In this document: one piece after another, positions 8,236 to 18,429 of the stretch
Numbering within the stretch: the first letter of the stretch is position 1
Layout: the number at the start of each line of letters is the position of its first letter
Origin: Candidatus Poribacteria bacterium
GTDB lineage: Bacteria > Poribacteria > WGA-4E > WGA-3G
Direction: 5' to 3'
Assembly (NCBI GenBank): GCA_965242965.1
Contig: OZ251518.1
Location: 1,056,001-1,120,000, forward strand
Length of the DNA: 64,000 bases
Program-made: the position numbers and the translations under genes
The notes under the pieces: generated by a model
The model's database searches: none
What the model saw: the letters and a program-made list of their open reading frames with translations, nothing else
Told to the model about the DNA's origin: nothing

Positions 8236-11200
8236 ATGAACATGGATGCAAAGACGACTCCGACTTTGGAGTTTTCCCCGGGTCAAATTGTTTGCCTGAG
8301 CTCAAACCCGTCTATCCGCGGTGCGGTTGTGGCCGTGTTACCGGGCACCCCTGAAAACCGATTTGACGTGTTCCTGAACGGAAACATTCAAACCTTTTAC
8401 GCGTCGCAGTTGCAAGTTGAAGCGCGTCCCGTTGCGGCATTTCAAGGGTTGTCAGGCGATGCGTTTCACGCGTATCTCACCGCGCTTCACATCCGCTATC
8501 CGGTGCTTTCCTCGCTTTACTCGCTTAACACGGCCAGCATCGATTTTATCCCGTATCAGTATCGGCCGGTGATGAAATTCATCAAGGCAGAGTTGCCGAG
8601 GATTCTCATCGCCGATAGTGTCGGTGTCGGGAAAACCATCGAGGCGGGCCTGATTTTGCGGGAACTCCAAGCCCGGCGCGAGATTAAATCCGCGCTCATT
8701 ATCTGTCCGCGTCCCCTCGTCGCTGAGAGAAAATGGGAGCAGGAGATGAAGCGGTTTGACGAAAATTTCACGCCGCTAGATGGAAACACGTTGCGATACT
8801 GCATTAACGAAACACATCTCGATGGCGAGTGGCCTGCGCAACATCCAAAGGTAATTGTTCCGTATTCGTTGTTAGACAAGACGCTCCTTTTTGGCCCAGG
8901 GGGAAGCCGCAAGAAGCGAGGCGGCAAGGGCCTGTTGGATTTGGACCCGCCACCGCACTTCGATCTGGTTATCGTCGATGAGGCACACCACATCCGAAAC
9001 CAGAACACTGCGAATCACGAAGCAGTTCGGTTTTTTTGTGAGCACGCGGAAGCCGCAGTCTTTTTGACTGCGACACCTATCCAACTCGGCAGCCACGATT
9101 TGTTTGTGCTGCTCAACGTGCTTCGTCCAGACCTGGTTTTAGACGAGGAGAGTTTCAATGAGATGGCGGAGCCGAACCCGTTTATTAACCGCGCCGTTGA
9201 CATGGCACGGGCACAAAAACGTGGGTGGCCGCGGCAAGCGGCGACGGAATTAGACAAGGCAGTAGCCACCGCGTGGGGACAATCGTTCCTCAGGGATAAC
9301 CCGGAGTTCCAGCGTATCCAGCGTCACATTGCCTCCGGGCGCGTTACGCAGGAAGAACGGGTGCAGCTCATCACGGATATGGAAGCGCAGCACACTTTCT
9401 CAGGGATAATCAACCGCACGCGTCGGCGCGACATCGGCGAGTTCACTATCCGACAGCCACAAACCGTGAAGGTTGAATTATCGGCGGACCAGGAGGAACT
9501 TCACAGTGCACTCCTGAAAATGCAAGAGGATATATTCCGCACGCTTCACGGAGACAGGAACGTCAAGTTCATGATGACGACGCTGCGCCGCCAACTCGCG
9601 AGTTGTCTCTATGGACTTGAACCCCTTCTTGAGGACATCTTGCATCGCCACCTTGACGAATTCGCCTGGGCAGAGGCCGATGCAGTTGACGCGATGCCGA
9701 ATGAAAAAGTTATCCCTGGGATTCGCGCCCAAGTTGAAGATGTTCTGAACCAAGCGAAATCTGTCGATTCCGACGATTTGAAACTGGCGGCTCTCCGCAA
9801 AATTGTCCGTGAGCGGCAAGGACTGCGCAATAACAAAATCATGCTATTTAGCAGTTTTCGGCACACGCTTGCGTATCTTTACAAGCACCTCAAAGCCGAT
9901 GGCGTGCGCGTCGGCGTGATTCACGGCGGTGTGCCCGACGAAGAACGCCTCGTGCTGCGAAATCGGTTTGAGAAACCGAAAACCGCGGACGACTGCATCG
10001 ATGTCATGCTGTTTTCCGAAGTCGGCTGCGAAGGACTTGATTATCAGTTCTGCGACTGTATCGTCAACTATGATTTGCCGTGGAATCCGATGAAGATTGA
10101 GCAACGCATCGGCCGCATTGACAGGAGGGGGCAAAAAAGTGAACGGGTTACCATTATCAACCTAATCACCCCCGGCACCGTCGATGCCGACATTTACGAA
10201 CGGTGCTTCCTCCGCATCGGGGTGTTTGAGAGTGCCCTCGGCGGCACCGAAGAAATCCTCGGCGAAATCACCACCGAAATTCAGAATATCGCCGAAAACC
10301 ATGAACTTAGTAGAGAGGAACGGAAGGAGCAGCTGCAACAATTGGCGGATAACCAGATCCGACTAATGCAGGAGCACGAAAGCCTTGAGGCACAGCAGTT
10401 GGAACTCTTCAGTATCCATCTCCCGGATAGACAGATAGAGAGAGACGTGGAAAACGCCACGAGTTTCTGGTTATCGGCACGCTCCATCCAGCGGCTCGTC
10501 ACGCACTATCTGCAGCAGCACTTCGGGCGTGACAGGGAATTTATCCTCGGCGGCGAAAGGCCGCTGAAAACGCTACGGCTTGCCGAAGACGCGCGACACA
10601 CCCTGCTGCAAGATTTTCGGGAACTCTCCAGAGAGAGAAGTCCTCTCTATCGCGAGTGGGAGGACTGGTTGAAGAGTGCAGTCCCGCATTTATCGATTAC
10701 CTTTGATTCGGAGTGCAAACGCCAGCATCCGGAGGCTACCTTCATCGTTCCGACGCATCCTTTGGTGAAACAGGCGGCGGCGCGGTTAGAAATTGAACCT
10801 AACGTTTTCGTCAAATTGAAGGTGCGCACGCGCGATGTCCCCGCGGGCCGTTATGATTTTGCCATTTACCAGTGGCAGTTTCATGGCATTAAGGGGAATC
10901 TGGTGCTGAAACCGGTCTCTTCGTCAGAAGTGTTAACGCCGCATCTGAACAAATTGCTGGAGAAAGCGGCGGATAGCGACATCCGAGAGGGTGATGCGCC
11001 GCCGGAACGTGAAGCGTTGGAAACGGCGCATCAGCAGCTGTGGGCAGAAGCACGTGAAGAGCACCAACGGCGCACGCGAGACTTGGCAGATCACCGTAAG
11101 AAGAATTTGTCAACAAGTCATCGGAAACGCATCGCGCTCCTCAAAAGTCAGCGCGACCGGGTGAGCGATGTCAACATTCGGCGGATGCGTGAAAGCGAAA

Positions 11201-11313
11201 TCGCTAATGCCGAAGCAGATTACAACCGCCGTATTCAGGAACTCAATGACGCAATGACGACGGCCGAGATTACGGCAGAAGCCGTGGCGTATGGCATCTT
11301 GGAAGTGGAGTAG
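8236..11313 (+). CDS. SNF2-family helicase (RapA/DrmD-like architecture)
   Basis: LIADSVGVGKT, DEAH, TATPIQ, GCEGLDYQF, PWNPMKIEQRIGRIDRRGQ; C-terminal coiled coil. Confidence 0.92.
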   Translation: MNMDAKTTPTLEFSPGQIVCLSSNPSIRGAVVAVLPGTPENRFDVFLNGNIQTFYASQLQVEARPVAAFQGLSGDAFHAYLTALHIRYPVLSSLYSLNTASIDFIPYQYRPVMKFIKAELPRILIADSVGVGKTIEAGLILRELQARREIKSALIICPRPLVAERKWEQEMKRFDENFTPLDGNTLRYCINETHLDGEWPAQHPKVIVPYSLLDKTLLFGPGGSRKKRGGKGLLDLDPPPHFDLVIVDEAHHIRNQNTANHEAVRFFCEHAEAAVFLTATPIQLGSHDLFVLLNVLRPDLVLDEESFNEMAEPNPFINRAVDMARAQKRGWPRQAATELDKAVATAWGQSFLRDNPEFQRIQRHIASGRVTQEERVQLITDMEAQHTFSGIINRTRRRDIGEFTIRQPQTVKVELSADQEELHSALLKMQEDIFRTLHGDRNVKFMMTTLRRQLASCLYGLEPLLEDILHRHLDEFAWAEADAVDAMPNEKVIPGIRAQVEDVLNQAKSVDSDDLKLAALRKIVRERQGLRNNKIMLFSSFRHTLAYLYKHLKADGVRVGVIHGGVPDEERLVLRNRFEKPKTADDCIDVMLFSEVGCEGLDYQFCDCIVNYDLPWNPMKIEQRIGRIDRRGQKSERVTIINLITPGTVDADIYERCFLRIGVFESALGGTEEILGEITTEIQNIAENHELSREERKEQLQQLADNQIRLMQEHESLEAQQLELFSIHLPDRQIERDVENATSFWLSARSIQRLVTHYLQQHFGRDREFILGGERPLKTLRLAEDARHTLLQDFRELSRERSPLYREWEDWLKSAVPHLSITFDSECKRQHPEATFIVPTHPLVKQAAARLEIEPNVFVKLKVRTRDVPAGRYDFAIYQWQFHGIKGNLVLKPVSSSEVLTPHLNKLLEKAADSDIREGDAPPEREALETAHQQLWAEAREEHQRRTRDLADHRKKNLSTSHRKRIALLKSQRDRVSDVNIRRMRESEIANAEADYNRRIQELNDAMTTAEITAEAVAYGILEVE

Positions 11314-11317
11314 AAAT

Positions 11318-13048
11318 ATGCTCACAAAACTTATCTGCCGCAACTTCAAATGCTTTGAAGAAGTCGAAATTGATTTGGGAAATCCTGTCGTCTTTGTCGG
11401 CCCAAATAACTCCGGCAAAACCGCTGCTTTGCAGGCACTTGCCCTGTGGGACATCGGGCTCAAACGGTGGAACGAGAACCGAAAAGGACGAGCTAACCCA
11501 GCAAAGCGTCCGGGTGTTACGATTAACCGCCGCGACCTTATCTCTGTTCCTGTTCCAAACGCAAGATTGCTCTGGCAAAATTTGCGGGTTCGGGATGCTC
11601 AGAGAATTGATGGGAAGACGCTCACGCAGAATATCTGTATGGAGATTATCGTCACCGGCGTTACTGCTGGCCAACAGTGGGAATGTGGACTGGAATTCGA
11701 TTACGCTAACACTGAATCCTTTTACTGCCGTCCTCTTCGGTTAGAGGAAAAGGAACGCAGCGTAACAAAACGAATGCCGGTTCCTGATCAGGCAGCGAAT
11801 CTCAATGTCGCTTTTCTACCACCGATGTCTGGGCTCGCATCAAATGAGACACGGCTTGACGAAGGAGCAATCAACGTCCGTATTGGTGAAGGCAGGACAG
11901 CGGAAGTGCTCCGCAATCTGTGCCATCAGGTAGAGCAAAACAGTCGGCAAACATGGGAAACGGTTTGTGAGCAAATCCGAGACTTGTTTGGCTTTCAACT
12001 TGAAGAACCTGTTTACATTCGGGAACGCGGCGAAATTGAGATGAGTTATCGGGACAGATCTGGCACCTCACTAGACCTCTCCTCTTCAGGACGTGGGCTT
12101 CAACAGACACTCCTCTTGTTCGCCTATATCGCCGCGCACCCGGGCTCAGTCCTACTACTTGACGAACCAGACGCGCATCTGGAAATCCTCCGGCAACGAC
12201 AGATTTATCAGATGCTCACCGATTTAGCGAGGAAACATGACAGCCAAATCGTCGCCGCCAGCCATTCCGAGGTTATCCTGAAGGAGGCAGCTGATCGGGA
12301 TGTCGTCGTCGCTTTCCTCGGTAAGCCGCATCGCATTGATGACAGGGGTAGCCACCTCCTGAAATCGCTTAAGGAAATTGACTTTGATCACTATTATCAG
12401 GCAGAACAGAGAGGCTGGGTTCTCTATCTTGAGGGGGCAACGGACTTAGCGATTTTAAAGGCATTCGCTGAGAAACTTGAGCATCCTGCGCTGGACGTAT
12501 TGGAAAGTCCGTTCGTAGAGTATGTCGGAAACCAACCTGCGAATGCCCGTAAACATTTTCATGGATTGCGAGAGGCAAAGCCAGACCTAGTTGGTTTCTG
12601 TCTCTTCGATCGGCTGGATCGTGAACTTCAAGATACCTCCGCGCTACGGGAATATGCTTGGAAACGTCGCGAGATTGAGAATTATGTAGTGGATAGAAAA
12701 GAGGTGCTCATTCATTGGGCGCAAGAAGAAGCCGCACAATGGCCCGAAGGACCGCTATTTTCTCATGCCTGGGCATCTACAATGGAAAAAACGATTGCGG
12801 ACATTGAAGGTGCCTTTCGGACGCTTGGGGAAGACTCGCCGTGGTCTCCAAATACCAAAGTGAGCACTGATTTCCTCGACCGGCTTTTCGAGAATTTTTT
12901 TAAAAAACTGGAACTGCCGAATCTCATGGAGAAAACGAATTACCATCGGCTTGTCCAGTGTGTTCCCGCGGAGAGTCTCGATTCCGAAGTATCAGAAGTG
13001 CTTGATGGTATTTTGGCGGTAGCGGAACAAGCAGTGCCGCTGACTTAA
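11318..13048 (+). CDS. ABC ATPase + TOPRIM domain protein (OLD-like ATP-dependent nuclease)
   Basis: GPNNSGKT, SSSGRGLQQ, LLLDEPDAHL, SHS; TOPRIM-like YLEGATD...FDRLD...REIENY; ATG 4 bp after the helicase stop. Confidence 0.85.
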   Translation: MLTKLICRNFKCFEEVEIDLGNPVVFVGPNNSGKTAALQALALWDIGLKRWNENRKGRANPAKRPGVTINRRDLISVPVPNARLLWQNLRVRDAQRIDGKTLTQNICMEIIVTGVTAGQQWECGLEFDYANTESFYCRPLRLEEKERSVTKRMPVPDQAANLNVAFLPPMSGLASNETRLDEGAINVRIGEGRTAEVLRNLCHQVEQNSRQTWETVCEQIRDLFGFQLEEPVYIRERGEIEMSYRDRSGTSLDLSSSGRGLQQTLLLFAYIAAHPGSVLLLDEPDAHLEILRQRQIYQMLTDLARKHDSQIVAASHSEVILKEAADRDVVVAFLGKPHRIDDRGSHLLKSLKEIDFDHYYQAEQRGWVLYLEGATDLAILKAFAEKLEHPALDVLESPFVEYVGNQPANARKHFHGLREAKPDLVGFCLFDRLDRELQDTSALREYAWKRREIENYVVDRKEVLIHWAQEEAAQWPEGPLFSHAWASTMEKTIADIEGAFRTLGEDSPWSPNTKVSTDFLDRLFENFFKKLELPNLMEKTNYHRLVQCVPAESLDSEVSEVLDGILAVAEQAVPLT

Positions 13049-13168
13049 CCCGTTTGGCGCGCTCATCGTGAACATCCCGGTGGGCTTGCGCCAGTGGATA
13101 CTTAATGTTTTACTGCGATTTTCACAAAACTGAAAACTGAATCGTTTTGGTGGGCGCACACTTTTTTC

Positions 13169-13198
13169 TTGACAAATACCACCGAATTATGATATAAT
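13169..13198 (+). promoter_or_regulatory. Strong sigma70-type promoter
   Basis: TTGACA-18 bp-TATAAT with TG extension. Confidence 0.75.
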
Positions 13199-13463
13199 TA
13201 AAAATATCCTAAAGTTTGGGCAATTTGTGCGAGCGCGGGGATGCGAACGGTTGCATCGGATCGATTCCCGCATAGACATAAGCGCGCGTTACGCGCTTCG
13301 TAAACCCCGACGACTCGAAGACAGAGGCAGTCAACTTGTAGCGTCGGCACGAGATTCGGCACTGCAACTCTATAGAGTTTATTTCGTAAATTTGATAAAG
13401 CAACGGGAATTTGATGCAGATTGTCTAAACTTCGGTAGAATTAAAGGTAAAGGAGGCTATCGC

Positions 13464-16400
13464 ATGCCAAGTGAGCAATTTGAACACATTCAGCGAATTC
13501 GGAATGACTTTCAGGCCACCAAGCGAGTTAAAGATAGTTTGAACAATTCAGTTCAGACTCTCGCGGCTGACCTTTACAACAAACATACCCATTTTATCTT
13601 TGAGTTAATCCAGAACGCTGAAGACAACGCCTACGATGAGCCTTCACCCTCCCTTTCCTTTCGGTTAACGAAAACCGATCCGACTGGGAGCAAGGATGCC
13701 GATGGCGCGTTGATTATCCAAAACAACGAAACCGGTTTTTGTCATGAAAACGTGGATGCTCTCTGTGCTGTTGGTAAAACAACGAAGCAGAAAGCACATG
13801 GCTATATCGGGGAAAAAGGGATTGGTTTCAAATCCGTTTTCCGCGTTACGGGAAATCCACACATTTTTTCCAACGGCTATCGCTTTTGTCTACCCGAGCG
13901 CGACGAGGAAACGGGACTAGGCTACATTGTGCCACGATGGGTGGATTGCCCGCCAGAAGAACTCAATCTCTCTCAAACGCATATCATTCTACCGCTCACG
14001 AAGAGGGAGTTTGGCTATGATAAAATTGAGGAGATGCTCCTGGAGCTTGAGCAGGAAACTATCCTTTTTCTCTCAAAATTGCAGGAAATCCGAATAGAGA
14101 CAGATACCGGAACCGATCTCACAATTTTGAAAAACGCTGATGAGTTCCCCAAAATTGAGGTTCTCATTGAAGGTAGGAAACAACGGTGCTCTTTCTCGAA
14201 AGTTGACAAGTTTTTGGTGTGTACCAAAAACTTTCACAAACCGGTGGAAGTTCATCACGAAAAGCGGGAAGGGGTAAATGAGCGAGATGTCTCAATCGCA
14301 TTTCCGATGGATGAAGATCCCACTGGCTCCGGAAAGATTTTTGCCTATCTGCCTGTATCCGACACGAATTTTCCATTTTTAATCAACGCTGATTTCATTC
14401 TAACGAGTTCGCGCGAAGGCATTCAGCAGGATGAGCGTTGGAATCGCTGGTTGATGGACTGCGTTGCAGAGGTAGTCGCGTCCGAATTACTATCCCTCTT
14501 AAAGAAGGAACAACTTTTAACGGTTCCCTTCCTCGAGACACTCGCGAGGAGTCTAAAAAACTTTGCGGCAGACGAGAGGAACCTATTTTATCCTATCACT
14601 AGGAAGGTGCGTGAAACTCTTATGACACAAGAGTTTCTTCCTGCTAATGATGGGACGTTTGTTTATGCGGAAAACGCGATGCTTGCACGCGGTGATGCCG
14701 TTAGGAATCTTCTCAGCCATGCCCAGTTAGGAGCATTGTTTTCTGGTTCTGAGAACGGAACCAAGTGGTTGTCCGCCGACATTACGGCGGACCGCACGCC
14801 TATTCTTCATCGGTACCTCATGGACTTGGGTATTGAGGAAGTCATTCCGATGACATTTGCACGAAGACTATCACCACCGTTCCTTGCAGCACAAACCGAC
14901 GACTGGTTCATTGAATTCTATAGGTTCTTATCAGGGCAGTCTGTTGTGACGCGTAATCTCCGTACCGAGCCTATCCTACGTCTCCAAGATGGCTCGCACG
15001 TTAGACCTTTCCAAGAAGACGCTTCACCTAACGCGTACTTGCCACTGATTGAAACGGATACCGATTCGTCACTGCCAACTGTGAAGTTAGAAATCGTTCA
15101 AGATGATGACGCTCGCGAGTTTCTGAAAAATTTGGGGATCCCAGAGTGGGACATCGTTGAAGAAGTCATCAGGGATATCCTCCCCAAATATGTGGATGAT
15201 TCGCCGATGGTCCCAATGGAGACTTATAGAAGCGATTTCGCCAAAATTGTGTATGCTCACAATACAGATTCGACTAAGCGGAGAGCACAACTCCGGAAGG
15301 CATTGTTCGCTACACCCTTTGTTTTCCTAGAAAATCCACCCGCAGGCAGCGCAAACTACCTCAAGCCAGCTCAACTCTATTTCGCAAACGATGATAGATT
15401 GTGGGGAAACTTTTCAGGAAACTATTCCCGCGTGTCCGTGCGTAAGGACATTTATGAGTTCCTGAAATTGCTGGGAACTCGTAAATGGAACGTCGTTGAG
15501 GAAGTTTACAAAACTATCCTGCCGAAATATGTGACCGGTTCACCGGCGGTTCCTCTTCAGAGTCACCGGGACGATTTCGCCAAAATTGCAGACGCTTACA
15601 CGACAAGTTCGCATTTACAGAAAACGGACCTTTGTGAGAAACTGCAGGGGATACCGTTTATCCTTGCCGAGCACCGTGACGCGGCCGAACCTGCCTATCG
15701 GAAACCAGATGAACTCTATTTCCTAACAGAGGAACTGCGCTTGTATTTTGACAAGAACGCTTCCTATAGGTTTGTAAGTTCTATCTATCCTGAAAGGTAT
15801 TTTGATATGCTCAACGAATTAGGGGTGAGGGATAGCATCCCAGTCATTTGTAGATCACGTCCCGGATTGACAGATGACATCACTCTTAAAAGCAAATGGA
15901 AAGAGTATTCACACTACTGTCACAGACGCGGATTAAAAGGGTTCGATCCAGACATTGAAGTCAAGGGTCTCGCAGATATCTTGAAGAATCCATCTCGTGC
16001 GCAAAGCGAGATAATTTGGAACCGCATAGCCCTCCCTTATCGGCATTGCATTAGAGGAACGGTTCTCTGGTCAAGCCGACAAGATTTTTCGCGTTCTGCA
16101 TCCGTCTATGAAGAAGAGGAAACGGTATCGCAACACTTTGGGCGTTTGCTAGTTGAGGCGGCATGGCTGCCAGATTCCGATTGGAACCTGCACAAGCCGA
16201 GTGAACTTAACCTCGACGAACTTCCCGAATCATTTGAACGTGATGAGCGGTTGGCCGACTTGCTTGGGATGAAGAAGGATAAAGTTGCTGAGTTGGCGGC
16301 CGAGACAGGGGTTTCAGCGGAAGTCATCAGAGACTTCATGCAAAACCCCGATGAATATGCGGAATATAAGGCGTGGAAGGCTGAAAAGCAAGAACAGCAT

Positions 16401-17039
16401 CAGCCTGCCCCTACAAATTTGGAAAATCCTGAATCTGCATCAGTTCCTTCGCGCAGAATTGATTATCCCACCGAAGTTGAAACCTCTTTTAACCGAGATG
16501 GGGAAACAGAAATCTACTCCACAATTACAGGCGATGGCACGGTAACGAATCCGGCACGCCGTCGTGAAAAAATGGGAGAAGAGCACCGTGAACTGTTCAA
16601 AGACGAGCCAAATGATAACGCACGCCGCGAACAGACGGTTCGCACGATACTTGAGGGAGCAAACCCACAAGTGAGAGAATATTTGGCCCAAATGTATGAT
16701 GGGAAATGCCAAATCTGTGATGAGACCTTTCCTGAACGAAGCGGACAACCGTTTTTCATAGCCAACTACATAGTTGAGCGAAAAATTGCTCAAGCAGTTG
16801 ACACTCCAGCCAATGCCTTATGCCTTTGTGCAGACCACTTCGCCAGATGGCAGCACGGAACTGTGGAGGCGGAAGACATTTTAGTCCAGATAGAAAACTT
16901 CCGGACTGAATCCGAAGGCGGGGAATGCGAACCCATTCTGGAGATTAAAATGTGCGGCGAAAAATGTGTGATTCGCTTTACCGAGAAACATCTCTTGGAC
17001 CTTCAGGAACTGCTCAAGGCTTCCAGATATGAAGTTTAA
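13464..17039 (+). CDS. Sacsin/NOV-like GHKL ATPase protein with C-terminal HNH-like domain
   Basis: AAGGAGG RBS; FIFELIQNAEDN, IGEKGIGFKSVF, FPFLINADFILTSSRE; C-terminal CQIC...NALCLCADH. Confidence 0.85.
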   Translation: MPSEQFEHIQRIRNDFQATKRVKDSLNNSVQTLAADLYNKHTHFIFELIQNAEDNAYDEPSPSLSFRLTKTDPTGSKDADGALIIQNNETGFCHENVDALCAVGKTTKQKAHGYIGEKGIGFKSVFRVTGNPHIFSNGYRFCLPERDEETGLGYIVPRWVDCPPEELNLSQTHIILPLTKREFGYDKIEEMLLELEQETILFLSKLQEIRIETDTGTDLTILKNADEFPKIEVLIEGRKQRCSFSKVDKFLVCTKNFHKPVEVHHEKREGVNERDVSIAFPMDEDPTGSGKIFAYLPVSDTNFPFLINADFILTSSREGIQQDERWNRWLMDCVAEVVASELLSLLKKEQLLTVPFLETLARSLKNFAADERNLFYPITRKVRETLMTQEFLPANDGTFVYAENAMLARGDAVRNLLSHAQLGALFSGSENGTKWLSADITADRTPILHRYLMDLGIEEVIPMTFARRLSPPFLAAQTDDWFIEFYRFLSGQSVVTRNLRTEPILRLQDGSHVRPFQEDASPNAYLPLIETDTDSSLPTVKLEIVQDDDAREFLKNLGIPEWDIVEEVIRDILPKYVDDSPMVPMETYRSDFAKIVYAHNTDSTKRRAQLRKALFATPFVFLENPPAGSANYLKPAQLYFANDDRLWGNFSGNYSRVSVRKDIYEFLKLLGTRKWNVVEEVYKTILPKYVTGSPAVPLQSHRDDFAKIADAYTTSSHLQKTDLCEKLQGIPFILAEHRDAAEPAYRKPDELYFLTEELRLYFDKNASYRFVSSIYPERYFDMLNELGVRDSIPVICRSRPGLTDDITLKSKWKEYSHYCHRRGLKGFDPDIEVKGLADILKNPSRAQSEIIWNRIALPYRHCIRGTVLWSSRQDFSRSASVYEEEETVSQHFGRLLVEAAWLPDSDWNLHKPSELNLDELPESFERDERLADLLGMKKDKVAELAAETGVSAEVIRDFMQNPDEYAEYKAWKAEKQEQHQPAPTNLENPESASVPSRRIDYPTEVETSFNRDGETEIYSTITGDGTVTNPARRREKMGEEHRELFKDEPNDNARREQTVRTILEGANPQVREYLAQMYDGKCQICDETFPERSGQPFFIANYIVERKIAQAVDTPANALCLCADHFARWQHGTVEAEDILVQIENFRTESEGGECEPILEIKMCGEKCVIRFTEKHLLDLQELLKASRYEV

Positions 17040-17051
17040 ATGGAGGAATGA

Positions 17052-17984
17052 ATGCAGAAATTATTTGTCCGAACGCTCATGAGCGTCCTCATCCTCGCAG
17101 CCATACCCGCAGCGGCACAAAACACCGACATTCACGAAAATGCCGGCACCCGCGCAATGACATTCCTGAAAATCGGCATCGGCGCGAAGGCAATGGGCAT
17201 GGGCGAATCACATGTCGCCGCAACCGATGATCTTTATGCATCCTATTGGAATCCCGCCGGCCTCGCACGGCTCCAACAGCCGCAACTCGCGCTGATGCAT
17301 AACGAATGGTTCGCTGGCATCAACCACGAATTCATCGGGTTCGCGCTCCCAATCGGCGAGATCGGGACAGTCGGCGCGAGCGCGAATTTCTTGTCCTTCG
17401 GTGAGTTGCAAGGCCGCGACCGGGATGGCAACGAGACAACTATCTTCCGTCCCTATGATCTGGCGGTTGTCGTCTCGTATGCGCGCAACATCACGCCGGC
17501 ACTAGCATTCGGCACCAACGCAAAGTTCCTGCGAGAGCAAATTGCCGATGAAAGCGGCACCGGTATCGCTTTCGATTTCGGTGGACTTTATACGTTATCA
17601 GAACTTCCGCTATCTCTCGGTTTCAACGCGCAGCACGTCGGACCGCGGGTGCGGTTCATAGAGGAGGCGTTCGGATTACCGTTTACGTTTCGGTTCGGCG
17701 CGGCTTACCGTCCGTGGGGTGATGCCTTCATGCTAACGGCGGATGTCGTTCGTCCTTCTGACAATGACATTACCACCGGCGTGGGTGCCGCCTATACGAT
17801 AGCGAACATTTTGCAATTGCGCACCGGCTACAAATACAAGTTGGGAGGCAACGATTTAGGCGGATCTTCGGGGTTGACAGGCGGGTTCGGGCTCACGCTT
17901 CGGCGATTCCAGGTCGATTACGCGCTGGTGCCGTTCGGTGTGTTGGGGTTAACGCATCGGTTTTCGTTGGTTGCGAATTTTTAA
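17052..17984 (+). CDS. PorV/PorQ-family (UPF0164) outer-membrane beta-barrel
   Basis: Signal peptide; FLKIGIGAKAMGMG, YWNPAGLA, DYALVPFGVLGLTHRFSL, terminal F. Confidence 0.85.
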   Translation: MQKLFVRTLMSVLILAAIPAAAQNTDIHENAGTRAMTFLKIGIGAKAMGMGESHVAATDDLYASYWNPAGLARLQQPQLALMHNEWFAGINHEFIGFALPIGEIGTVGASANFLSFGELQGRDRDGNETTIFRPYDLAVVVSYARNITPALAFGTNAKFLREQIADESGTGIAFDFGGLYTLSELPLSLGFNAQHVGPRVRFIEEAFGLPFTFRFGAAYRPWGDAFMLTADVVRPSDNDITTGVGAAYTIANILQLRTGYKYKLGGNDLGGSSGLTGGFGLTLRRFQVDYALVPFGVLGLTHRFSLVANF

Positions 17985-18019
17985 CGCGTCTTCGTTTTCA
18001 AATCTCCATACATCCCCCC

Positions 18020-18378
18020 GTAGGAGAGACCTCCTGGTCTCGATGCAATACCGTAGGAGAGACCTCCCGGTCTCGATGCATTAGGTAGGAGAGACTCCCG
18101 CTATCGTTTGCAATTGCCTTCTCTTGACCCGTTCAGGAGCAGGTGCTCCTGAACTACAGGCGGAACGCACGCTAGTTCTGTAGTTCGGGTGCGCCTGCAC
18201 CCGAATGGCGCGAGCGCGGGCAAGCCTTACCTCATCGAGACCGGGAGGGCTCTCCTACCCGAAGAATCAGGACAGGTAGGAGGGACATCCTTGTCCCGAT
18301 GGGCACATCAACAAAACGCATCGAGACCGGGAGGTCTCTCCTACCCGAAGAATCGAGACCGGGAGGTCTCTCCTACCT
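18020..18378. repeat. REP-like cluster between convergent genes
   Basis: GTAGGAGAGACCTCC(T/C)GGTCTCGA, GTAGTTCGGGTGCGCCTGCACCCGAA and GTAGGAGGGACATCCTTGTCCCGA in both orientations. Confidence 0.85.
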
Positions 18379-18429
18379 GGAGGGCATTGAGATTTTCTCA
18401 TATCATTGAATCGGCGATGGAGTCGTTTA

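Noticed and set aside
8236-13048. Calling the locus Gabija or DISARM
   Set aside because: The helicase is SNF2, not UvrD (GajB), and no DrmA/B/C or methyltransferase is adjacent
13227-13463. 79-aa N-terminal extension of the sacsin-like protein; also considered as tmRNA
   Set aside because: Strong AAGGAGG precedes ATG 13464; no tRNA-like acceptor/T-arm or tag peptide is recognisable
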